From Selaginella moellendorffii (taxonomy: Eukaryota; Plantae; Lycopodiophyta), in NCBI RefSeq assembly GCF_000143415.4, contig NW_003314360.1:594486-658485 (forward strand): DNA of 64,000 nucleotides, given 5' to 3'. Under the pieces are notes generated by a model, which searched no databases, had not been told where the DNA came from, and saw only the letters and a list, made by a program, of their open reading frames with translations. Position 1 is the first letter of the stretch. Every line of letters begins with the position of its first letter. The position numbers and the translations under genes were made by a program. Shown piece after piece: positions 52,295 to 62,133 of this stretch.

Positions 52295-54451
52295 TTATTC
52301 ATATGGTGGGAGTCTCGCTGAAACCAAGTGGGAAGCAAGGTTTGGGGACCGTGTCCAGCATGTGATCACTCTGGGGAGTGAGTCTGATGGAACTTCAGAA
52401 ATCACCTGTTTAGGGTTTAGGGTGTTCCCCACATCAAGTGCCGCACTATGGAGAGTATAAGGCAGCTTGAAAATGAGGGGGGCCTGTAGACTATTGCTAC
52501 TGGATTTGCGTGATGGAGAGTAGAGCACATTATCTCGGTCCGTATAATGGATTGTCCGGAAAGCTTCAATAAGGAAGGCTCTTGGGTATCCACGTGCACG
52601 GAGACGAGTATAGAAAAGCTTGCGAATTGCACAGAAGCTCTCAGGGTTACTCTCTCGTAGGAGGTAATGCCGAAGTTCAGCACGAATAAAGGCAATCTTT
52701 TGGTGTCGAGGATGCGTTGAGTTCCATGGAAGATATTGGTATGCATTTAGTGGCTTTTGAAAGGTGGTGGAGTCTAGGCACCTGCATTTCTCAAAGCGTG
52801 GGCCTTTGAAAAAATGGATGTCTAGAATATCCATAGATTCAAATGAGATCACTGAGGTGATCTTTATAGAATTGCAGAGGCTTCCATAGCTAGCCAACCA
52901 GCATTCCAAGCTCTCTTTTGATCCATCCCAAATTCCGACACCATCGTCAATATATCTCTTAAGATATATTGGCCATTTAGAAGAGGTGGCCTTAAACTCG
53001 TCCTCGAGGGAACAAAGAAAAAGGCAAGCATACACCACAGCAAAGTTTGACCCCATAGCAGTGCCTCGGATTTGAAGGAAATAACTCCCATCGAACTCAA
53101 CATAATTGTGTTCAAGGATGAGTCCTGCAGCAGCCATGATAAAGCGTGCTTGCATTGAATCTCCAAAATTTCTATATACAAATTTATGGAGGCAATAGAG
53201 CCCTTCACGTGTGGGAATGCTCGGGTAGAGCGACTCCACATCAAAAGTGAAGAGGAGGCAGTCTTTTGGGAGCTGTTGTTTATGAAGATCATGAAGGAGG
53301 GTGTGGGAGTCCATAAGAAAGGTTTCCTGTTGGAGGAGAATGCCAAAAAGTTGGCGGTGGAGCCATTTTGCAAGTGGCTCCCAAATGTAGCCAACATAGC
53401 TAGCAATTGGTCTCCCACGAATTGGCTGCTTGTGTATTTTTGGAAGAAAATACAACAAACAAGCTTTACGTGGAGGTGAGGGCAAAGTGATGAGGTACTT
53501 GGCTGTGTTCTTGTCCAGCCATGAGCAAGATTTATACTTCAGGAGAAGTTCGAGGAGGCGCTCATGCATGGGTTGATGTGGAATCGACTCAACTCTCTTG
53601 TAGACAAGAGGATCATTGAGTTGGCGCATAGCCTCTTGAATGTACCACGTGCGGTCCAGAACAACTACGCCAAGGTTTTTGTCGGCTGGTTTAATCACAA
53701 TACTATGATCGTGTCGCAGCGCAAGGACTGCATCACGTCTCCATCCTCTTAGAAAAGATCGAGGTCTTTTACAACAGGAAAGACGTTGGAGAAGGTGCTC
53801 TCGAATGCGGGCAACTCGTGACTCCATGTGCCAGGAAGCAGGGGGAGGATCAAAGTTTGGGTTGGGAACCCGAAACTCTGGTATAAGACTGTTGCTGTCC
53901 TTAAACGAATGACGAAGACGGACTGAGCGTTGAAAGTCATCTAAGCATTCCATAATCTTTTTGGCCGTGAGAGGCACTGGATTAGGAATGAATGAGAGCC
54001 CAAGAGCAAGGAGGCGCTTTTCAGCGGCACTCAACATGCGAGAAGACAAATTGTGAACAGCACCAATCTCCACTCTATTTTCTAGCTGGGAAACTTTTTG
54101 ATTGCCGGCAAAATGAAGTAAAGCTTCATGCGGGGCAATCAAAGGTAGCCAGAAACTTTTGCCTTGCCTTTTCTGTCCACAGGCACTGCCGTAACTGGAG
54201 AGTGCGGGCGTTGCTGTGGAGGCGAGTTTCTTCCCAAGCCATAGCGTTGGGTTCGTTCGTGGAGTGGGGTGTTGTTGTGGTGCTGTGAGGGCTGCATCTC
54301 TTGTCCTCTGGGAGGTGAAGGTGGTTTCTGGTTCTGAGTTGGCTGGCGTTGTTGGGCTGCTGGAGGAGGTCGTGGTGTAGTCTGGCGCCCTCGGCCGCTT
54401 GGCCAGTTCGGTTGGGACCGTGGGGGTCGACCGTTTCCTCGAAACTGGCAT
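52295..54451 (-). CDS. Penelope-like reverse transcriptase, 718 aa, no GIY-YIG endonuclease
   Basis: PLE motifs HNLS..LSAAEKRLLALGLSFIP, IVIKPADKNLGVVV, YFLPKIHK..GRPI, FDVESLYPSIP, QIRGTAMGS, RYIDD, FQKPLN..YLPWNSTHP, ARGYP. The ORF ends right after the thumb region. Confidence 0.96.
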   Translation of the reverse strand: MPVSRKRSTPTVPTELAKRPRAPDYTTTSSSSPTTPANSEPETTFTSQRTRDAALTAPQQHPTPRTNPTLWLGKKLASTATPALSSYGSACGQKRQGKSFWLPLIAPHEALLHFAGNQKVSQLENRVEIGAVHNLSSRMLSAAEKRLLALGLSFIPNPVPLTAKKIMECLDDFQRSVRLRHSFKDSNSLIPEFRVPNPNFDPPPASWHMESRVARIREHLLQRLSCCKRPRSFLRGWRRDAVLALRHDHSIVIKPADKNLGVVVLDRTWYIQEAMRQLNDPLVYKRVESIPHQPMHERLLELLLKYKSCSWLDKNTAKYLITLPSPPRKACLLYFLPKIHKQPIRGRPIASYVGYIWEPLAKWLHRQLFGILLQQETFLMDSHTLLHDLHKQQLPKDCLLFTFDVESLYPSIPTREGLYCLHKFVYRNFGDSMQARFIMAAAGLILEHNYVEFDGSYFLQIRGTAMGSNFAVVYACLFLCSLEDEFKATSSKWPIYLKRYIDDGVGIWDGSKESLECWLASYGSLCNSIKITSVISFESMDILDIHFFKGPRFEKCRCLDSTTFQKPLNAYQYLPWNSTHPRHQKIAFIRAELRHYLLRESNPESFCAIRKLFYTRLRARGYPRAFLIEAFRTIHYTDRDNVLYSPSRKSSSNSLQAPLIFKLPYTLHSAALDVGNTLNPKQVISEVPSDSLPRVITCWTRSPNLASHLVSARLPPYE

Positions 54452-54634
54452 TGGCCACCTCTGCCAGTCATGGCTGGCTGGGAACCAAGCATGGTTGGAG
54501 ATTGCCGGTGCACGGGACCCCTTGAAGAAAAACCCGGGGCATCAGAATGGGTGGGAGGAGTCCCAGTAACCACATTGCGCCCCTGCTCGTTTCCCTGCCG
54601 TCCATGGCTAATGTCACGCTCGAGAGAAACATTG

Positions 54635-55353
54635 CGGTTTAGGGTTTAGGGGTTTAGGGTTTAGGGTTTAACGGTTTAGGGTTTAGGGTTTAGGTTTTAG
54701 GCGCGTTTAGGCGTTTAGGGTCAAAGGCACCCCGGGTTTAGGGTTTAGGGTTGAGGGTTTTTGGGGAGGCGCGTTTAGGCGTTTAGGGTCAAAGGCACCC
54801 CGCGTTTAGGGTTTAGGGTTTAGGTTTAGGGTTTAGGGTTTAGGGTTTATAGGGTTTAGGGTTTAGGATTTAGGCGCGTTTAGGCGTTTAGGGTCAAAGA
54901 CACCCCGTGGTGTTGCAATCCGGCGAGATTGCGGCACCACTTTGTGCAGTCCGGTTTAGGGTTTATGGTTTAGGGTTTAGGCGCGTTTAGGCGTTCAGGG
55001 TCAAAGACAGCCCACGGTGCTGCAATCCGGCGAGATCGCTGAACGTGTATGTACATTCCCCATGTCCCAATGGGACTAATACAAAAAATGGGCGTGCCGC
55101 CCTCTCAATGAGCTACTCTACGTGATCCTCATATGCCGCAGCTAGACCTAGTCCTGGAGTAGAAGTGGACGTGGTCGTCTCGAGCGAATCATGTCGATGT
55201 CCAAGTCTCCCCCACGAGCTGACCTTAGAACAGAGTCTGGGGGGCGCCATTGCCAGCGAATCTCGCCACCTCCCCGGTTTAGGGTTTAGGGTTTAGGGTT
55301 TAGGGTTTAGGGTTTAGGGTTCCGGTTTAGGGTTTAGGGTTTAGGGTTTAGGG
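54635..55353 (-). repeat. Ladder of telomeric tracts alternating with short 5'-truncated retroelement 3' ends
   Basis: Cassette fragments at ~54696-54733, ~54767-54803, ~54869-54952 (PLE-B type) and ~54976-55274 (LINE-A type), each separated by TTTAGGG runs. Confidence 0.93.
54976..55274 (-). mobile_element. LINE-A 3' end (~300 bp) embedded in the telomeric array
   Basis: Reverse complement of ~22743-23040 (last ORF2 codons GGGEIRWQWRPPD plus 3' UTR). Confidence 0.93.
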
Positions 55354-55538
55354 TTTAGGCGCGTTTAGGCGTTTAGGGTCAAAGACACCCCGCGGTGTTG
55401 CAATCCGGCGAGATCGCGGCACCACTTTGTGCAATCCACATTCTCCGTGTGCCGTTGTCGAGACGGCATGATCGAGAGCAAGTAGAGGAGGCAAGGGAAT
55501 GAATTTTCATTCATTCATGAGCGAGGGAGAGGACAAGA

Positions 55539-55591
55539 GACAACCCGAGACCGGTTTCGTCCTTTTTGGGACTCATCAGCCGGGTGTAGTC
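55539..55591 (-). ncRNA. Minimal type I hammerhead ribozyme (PLE-B1)
   Basis: 53 nt identical to 51385-51437. Confidence 0.95.
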
Positions 55592-55859
55592 GTCTAGTGT
55601 CTACCCTAACCCTAGCTCGGCGCCAACTCTACTTATATTTTGGCTCTGTCATGTGGCGCAAGTCCGTGTGGCGGCCATGCAAAGTGGCGTGGCAGCGTTG
55701 GCTCGCGAGGGTGCGAACGTAGCACAGCTGGTGTTGGTTACTCCACAGCAGTGGTAGTCGCGGAGAATGACTTCGGCGGATCGCCGAAGACAGTAAGCGT
55801 TCAGCCGGCGGGTGACGTACCTTTGACGCAAGATAACTTGTAAACGCGGCATGATATGA

Positions 55860-56680
55860 TGCATGCGTTACGTCCACAATGCTTGTGTCACTCGTACGTA
55901 CCCGGTGACGAAAAACGTGGTTCACTTTGCAGGGAATATTCTGGGAATATTCCGTCGTTGACCGTTGACCCTGCGTTGACCGTGTGTGGACTGGGATGGT
56001 GGAGGGCCTGAGGTCACTCATACATACCCGGAGTCCAGCGGTGATGCAGGGGAGAGCCATCCCGCGAGCTGTCGGCATGTGTCGCCGATGTCGAGGGAGC
56101 GGCACCGTTTTAACGGAATACACGCTTTTCCACGAGTCGTGTGTGGAGTTCAGAGTTGAAACTCACATATTCACGATCGGAAGGAAGAGCGGAATCCAAC
56201 AGTATATGCCGTTTTGACTCGGTCAACAGGGATACAGTCGGAATATTGGGGAATATTCCGTTCTGACCGTTGACTCCGCGTTGACCTGGCGTTGACTCGA
56301 AAGGGGGTGGCCTGGAGTGACTTGGGACATACCTGAAGTCCATCGGCCAGACCCTGGGAGTCATAGGGTATGCGGTGTCGGCGCGTGTGGCGTCGACGTC
56401 GTCGCATGGCACCATTATGAGATTCGCAAGCTTTCCAAGGTGTGGTGTCCATCGTAAGGAGATGAGACCAACGTAGTCACACTTGGAAAGGGGTGCAGAA
56501 TCGAATGGTGTAGGCCTCGTTGACTCGGTCAACAATCTGACTGTCAGGGAATATTCGGGAATATTCCTGTTTGGACAGTAGACTGGGCGTTGACCGGGCG
56601 TTGACCGGTGGGGGACGACCTGGGGTGACTGGGACATACCTAGAGTCCATTAGCCAGACCCTGAAGGTCATCGGTCATGC
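55860..56680. repeat. Three diverged ~308-bp tandem repeats in the PLE-B 3' UTR (boundaries approximate)
   Basis: GGAATATT-N-GGAATATTCC at 55933, 56240 and 56548, each followed by CGTTGACC pairs and related downstream blocks. Confidence 0.8.
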
Positions 56681-56695
56681 GGAGAAGGATGCAAT

Positions 56696-57405
56696 CATAT
56701 GCTTCCGTCTCTTGCAAAGTGTGGTAGAAGATGTGGCTGAGCTCGCAACGCGAGTTTAGCCCTGACCAGGAACGAACTGGGGTTCGGGAGGCATCTCCAG
56801 CACGTGATCACTCAGGGGAGTGTGTCTGCGGGAGCTTCATCCATCACCTGTTTAGGGTTTAGGATGTCCCCCAAGCCTAGCTGCATGCTGTGAAGCGTGT
56901 AGGGCAGCTTTAAGGCGAGGGGGGCCCGTCGACAAGCGTCACTAGAGCGGCGCAAGCGTGCAAGGAGAGCTTGATGTCACTGGTCAGAGGAGATGCTGGA
57001 GAGGCAGTGTTGGAGGAAGGAGATCAGGTATCCCTGGGCACAGAGGCGGTGGTAGAACCGCGTGCGCATGGCATGGAATCCATCGGCCGTGCTCTCGCGG
57101 AGGAGGTATCTCCGGAGTTCGCTGTGGATAAATGCCACTTTCTGGTGCCATGGGTGAACTGACGTCCAGGGGAGGTACTGGTAGGCATTGAGCGGCTTCT
57201 GGAACGTGGACAAGTCAAGGCAGCCTGTCTCTTCAAAGCGAGGGCCTTTGAAGAAGTGGATATCGAGGATATCCAACTCCTCGAGCGAGATCACCGAGGT
57301 GATCTTGATCGAGGGACGTAGCGTGCCGTATCCTCGGAGCCATCGTTCGAGGCCTGCTCGTGTACCTGTCCCTCCGTCATCTGTGTACCTCCGTCGATAG
57401 AAGGG
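56696..57405 (-). pseudogene. PLE RT remnant (motif C to C-terminus), degenerate
   Basis: RRYTDDG..SIKITSVISLEELDILDIHFFKGPRFE..FQKPLNAYQYLPW aligns with PLE-A. Frameshifted, with the upstream RT motifs missing. Confidence 0.92.
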
Positions 57406-57479
57406 CAATTTGTTGGTTGTGTCGAGGCACTTGTCGAGAGTGTTGAGTGTGGTGTCATGGACACGCAGAGCAGAGCCAA

Positions 57480-60400
57480 GTGCAAAGGTGACAGTGGCTG
57501 CTGCGCTGGGCCAGGTCCTGGAGAGCATTAAGGCGAGAGGGCTCGCTGCTCTGTTCCAGTGGCAAGGGCTGGCCTGGGTGGCGATTGCAAGGGATCTGGC
57601 ACCAGAGGTGGTGAGAGAGCCCGTGCCATCGGCATAGTGTCTGGCTCTGCAGTAGCAGGGCCAGTGCTGGCATGCAAAGCTGGTTTTGTGCTTCCATGGC
57701 AGATTAGGTCGATTTTTGGCAGTGTTGTGGCGATGTCTAGGCAGCTTGGGTGCTCGGAGTGGCAGGGAGCATTCCCATTGGCATCTTTGGTGATCCTTTG
57801 GTGGTGCCAAGGCAACATACCAGAGGGGGACAAAAAGCCGTTGTGAGGGATTTGCTGTACCAGACCCAAGTCAGGGGGGCTGGGCTGCGCTAGACGTCGG
57901 AAAGACTGCTGAGTGGAGATATCAAGCTAGCTCCCAAACTCTTAGTGGCCGTAAGCAGCTCCAGGTGGGGATTATTTGTGGCGCTCTGGCGGCAGAACAC
58001 AGCGCGCAGAGGCCAGTGCAAATGCCCGGCCTGGAGACATGCTGTGCCAAACCTGTGCGAGGGGAGTGAGGGGCATCGTGCCAGAGATCACAGCAGCTTT
58101 GTGGTGATGTCTGGGTGGCACAGGCGCTCTCAACAGCAGGGAGCAATCCCCCTAGCATTTTTGGAAATCCCTTGGTGGTGCCGAAGCAGCCGCCAAGGGG
58201 ACCAAAAAGCCTTTGTGGGGCATTTGCTATGCCGGACCTGAGTCAGGGGAGCTGGGCCGCACCAGACGCCAGAAAAGCTGTTGTGTGGAGATGCAGAGCT
58301 AGCTTCGAGACTCTTAGTGGCTCCAGGCAGGGATTTCTGTGGCGTCCTGGCGGTGAGGTGCAGCACAGGGGGGCCAACGTAAATGCCCGGCCTGGAGCTG
58401 CTGGGCGGCACTGGGCGGTACCAGGCGGTACTGGGCAGTGCCACGTGTCTCTGGAAGTACTGCGTGTCGCTGGGCAGTGCCGCGCGTCACTGTGCAGTAC
58501 CGCGTGTTGCTGGGCAGTGCCGTGCGTCATTGTGCAGTACCGCGCGTCGCTGGCAGTACAGCGCGTTGCTGGGCGGTGCTGACACGTGAGCTGGGCACTC
58601 GTGAGCAGCACTGGGCGGCATGGGGCGGCACTAAGCACGCAGCGGCTCTGGGCAGCACGTGGCGGCCCTGAGCAGCATGTGGTGGTGCCTGGCGCAGCTG
58701 GGCGCTGCTAGGCAGCGCTGGTGGTGCTGCTGGGCGGCAGCTGGCTGGGACACGATACTGACGGGTTGGTCTGCGACGAGCCACAGCGTTGGCGCTTTGG
58801 GCAGCGAGTGCTGGCCTAAGTGCTGGCCGTGGCGGTCGCTGGAGGCCGGCCGTGGCATGGCTAGCTGGCTGGCTGGCGCAGCAGCCGCGGCAGCTGTTGG
58901 TGTTAGCAAGCTGCGGGCTGTTGCGGTGGCTGGTGCTGCCTGCATCGGTGGCTGTTGCTGCTGGAGCAGCTGGCCGTGGCGTGCTCAGGACACAGCGGCC
59001 ATGCTCCCATAGCTTCCTCTACCATTGCCAAAAACTAAGTGCTAGGACTTAGAAATTTCTGGCAACTCGAAGGCTGAGCGCTTGAGCCGTTGGATCTGTG
59101 CGATCCGACGGTGGAAGAGAGAAGAGGCCTTTGCAGTGGCTGTTGCTGTTGCAAAGGCTTCTCCCATGGCAGATTTTGGTGAGGCACAGCATTTCTGTGG
59201 TGATCTCTGGGTGGTGTGGGCGCTCTGTGTGGCAGGGAGCAGCTCCCTTGGCATTTTTGATGATCTCTTGGTGGTGCCAAGGCACTGTACCAAAAGGGGC
59301 AAAAAGCCTTTGTGGGGAATTTGCTGTGCCAGACACGATTCAGGGGAGCTGGGCCGCAGGAAACACCAAAGAGATTGCTGTGTCGAGAAGCCAAGCTAGT
59401 TCCCGGACTCTTAGTGGTAGTGAGCAGCTCCAGGCAGGGATTTTTTGTGGCGCTGTGGCAGCGAGGTGCGGCACACAGGGGCCAACGCAAATGCCTGGCT
59501 TGGAGACTTGCTGTGCCAGACCCTGGCGAGGGGAGAGAGGGACAGCATGGCTGGTTTCTCTGGATCCAGAGCCATGCTTGGAGTTGTCCTGGCTTGATGT
59601 TGTGGCGTGGTCAAGACAGAATGCCCTGCCGTGGCTGCTCCTTGCATCTTTCTCCTCCATAGCCCAGAAAAAATCTAAGTGCTGGGACTTAGAATTTTTT
59701 ACGATTGAGGCTTGGACCACGTGGACCGTTGGATCGGGAGATCTGACGGTGGAGAGGATGCTGGAGGAGCAGAGGCGGGCATTTGCAATTGCGGTTGCAA
59801 TTGTGTCTCCCACGGCAGATTCTGGTGGATCGCAGCAGCTTTGTGGTGATGTCTAGGTGGTGTGGGTGCTCTCAATCGGCAGGGAGCAATCCCCTTAGCA
59901 TTTTTGGAGATCCCTTGGTGGTGCTGAGGCAGCAACCAAGGGGGGCCAAAAACCCTTTGTGGGGCATTTGCTGTGCCGGACCTGAGTCAAGGGAGCTGGG
60001 CCGCACTAGACGCCACAAGAGCTGTTGTGTGGAGAGGCCGAGCTAGCTCCCAGACTCTTAGTGGTGGTTAGCAGCTCCAGGCAGGGATTTCTGTGGCGTC
60101 CTGGCAGTGAGGTGCAGCGCGCACAGGGACCTACGGAAATGCCCGGCCTGGGGACTTGCTGTGCCAGACCCGTGTGCAGGGAGTGAGGGGCATCATGGCT
60201 GGCTTCTCCTGTCTCAGAGTCATGTATAGAGTTGTCTTGGTTTGCTGTTGGCACCAGGCAGTGCAGGGAGGCGCTAGGCAGGGCACAGCGGCTCCGGGCG
60301 GCGCGTGGCGGCCCTGAACGGCGTGCGGCGGTGCTTAGCGCTGCTGGGCAGCGCGTAGCGTCATGCGGAGGTGCCTGGCGCAGTGGGGCACTGCTGGGCA

Positions 60401-61970
60401 ACGCTGGTGGTGCTGCTGAGCAGCAGCTGGCCGGGACGCGGTGCTAGCGGGCTGGGCCACAACGAGCCACAGAGTTGGCGCCTTGGGCGGCGAGTGCTGG
60501 CCCAAGTGCTCGCTGTGGTGGTCGCTGGAGGCCGGCCGTGGCACGGCTGGCTGGCCGGCTGGAGCAGCAGCCGCGGCAGCTGCTGGTGTTGGCAGGCTGC
60601 GGGCTGTTGCAGCGGCTGGCGCTGCCTGCGTCGGCGGCTGCTGCTGCTGTTGGAGCAGCTGGCTGTGGTGACTTGGGCCGTGGCGTGCTCAAGACGTAGC
60701 TGCCATGCTCACGTAGCTTCCTCTCCATTGCCAAAAACCAAGTGCTAGGACTTAGAAATTTTTGGCAGCTCAAAGGCTGAGCGTTTGAGCCGTTAGATCT
60801 GTATGATCCAACGGTGGAGGAGAGAAGAGAAGGGAGCGTGAGTGGCCCTTTGCAATTGCTGTTGCAAAGGCTTCTCCCATGGCAGATTTTGGTGAAGCAC
60901 AGCGTTTTTATGGTGATCTCTGGGCGGGGTGGGCGCTCTGTGTGGCAGGGAGCAGCTCCATTGGCATTTTTGATGATCTCTTGGTGGTGCCAAGGCACTG
61001 GACCAAAAGGGGCAAAAAGCCTTTGTGGGGAGTTTGCTGTGCCAGACCCAATTCAGGGGAGCTGGGCCGCGGGAAACACCAAAAAGATTGCTGTGTTGAG
61101 AATCCAAGCTAGCTCCCGGACTCTTAGTGGCAGTGAGCGGCTCCGGGCAGGGATTTTTTGTGGCGCTGTGGCAGCGGAGTGCGGCGCACAGGGGCCAACG
61201 CAAATGCCTGGCTTGGAGACTTGCTGTGCCAGACCCTGGCGAGGGGAGAGAGGGGCATCGTGGCTGGTTTCTCTGAATCCAGAATCATGCTTGGAGTTGT
61301 CTTGGCTTGCCGTTGGCTTGCTGCTGTGGCGTGCTCAAGACAGAATGCCCTGCCATGGCTGCTCCTTGCATCTTTCTCCTCCATAGCCCGGAAAAAATCT
61401 AAGCGCTGGGACTTAGAATTTTTTACGATTGAGGCTTGGACCACGTGGGCCGTTAGATCGGGAGATCTGACGGTGGAGAGGATGCTGGAGGAGCAGAGGC
61501 GGGCATTTGTAGTTGCAGTTGCAATTGTGTCTCCTACGGCAGATTCTGGTCGATCACAACAGTTCTGTGGTGATGTCTGGGTGAGGCGCGTGCTCTCAAC
61601 AGCAGGGAGCAATCCCCTTAGGTTTTTTGGAGATCCTTTGGTGGTGCCGAGGCAGCAACCAGAGGCAGCCAAAAAGCCTTTGTGGGGCACTTGCTGTGCT
61701 GGACCTGAGTCAGAGGAGCTGGGCCACACGAGACGCCAGAGAAACTGTTGTGTGGAGATGCCGAGCTAGCTCCCAGACTCTTAGTGGCGGTTAGCAGCTC
61801 CAGGCAGGGATTTCTGTGGCGTCCTGGCGGTGAGGTGCAGCGCGCAGGGGCCAACACAAATGCCCGGCCTGGAGACTTGCTGTGCCAGACCTGTGCGCAG
61901 GGAGTGAGGGGCATCGTGGCTGGCTTCTCCTGTCCCAGAGCCGTGTATGGACTTGTCTTGGCCTGCCATT
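57480..61970. repeat. GC-rich nested repeat block (about six copies of a ~300-bp module; ~1.7-kb higher-order duplication)
   Basis: GCTAGCTCCC.GACTCTTAGTGG..AGCAGCTCCAGG-like module near 57925, 58297, 59395, 60041, 61107 and 61764. ~58690-60240 resembles ~60395-61960. Confidence 0.88.
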
Positions 61971-62133
61971 GGCGAAGAATTCCGACTTCAGTAGATTGTT
62001 GTCCAGATTTACTGGATTTTTCTGGAAACAATAGAAACAGTGTGAGAACTTAAGCTTACTTGGTGCGTGGGATGTGCTTTTGCAACCGAGCAAAGCTGGT
62101 GAGGCCCGCTCGGATGCTTTTGAACCGCAGAGA

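Larger units (their letters stand above)
51228..54634 (-). mobile_element. Telomere-associated endonuclease-deficient Penelope-like element (PLE-A; Athena/Coprina-like)
   Basis: Single RT ORF, ~1.07-kb 3' UTR containing a hammerhead, telomeric repeats on both sides, 3' end facing the centromere. Confidence 0.95.
55354..62133 (-). mobile_element. Non-autonomous PLE derivative (PLE-B1), 6788-bp period
   Basis: 3' cassette, hammerhead, three ~308-bp repeats, 3' third of the RT only, then 4.5 kb of GC-rich complex repeats. The unit restarts at ~62134. Confidence 0.9.

Noticed and set aside
52295-54451. Telomerase (TERT) or GIY-YIG Penelope call for the 718-aa RT
   Set aside because: It is intronless, has PLE-specific motifs, and lacks recognisable TERT TEN/CP/QFP regions. 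The ORF ends after the thumb with no GIY-YIG motif.
54635-55353. CRISPR-like repeat/spacer appearance
   Set aside because: The repeats are variable-length telomeric tracts and the spacers are nested truncations of one 3' end. The context is eukaryotic, with no cas genes.
55629-56671. ORFs of 164 and 175 aa duplicated at 62417-63425
   Set aside because: Their identity reflects the recent B1/B2 duplication. They lie in the repeat-built 3' UTR and show no protein features.
57410-62093. Dozens of overlapping 60-250 aa ORFs on both strands
   Set aside because: Stop-poor GC-rich repeats. Frames are not conserved between repeat copies and no domain motifs are present.
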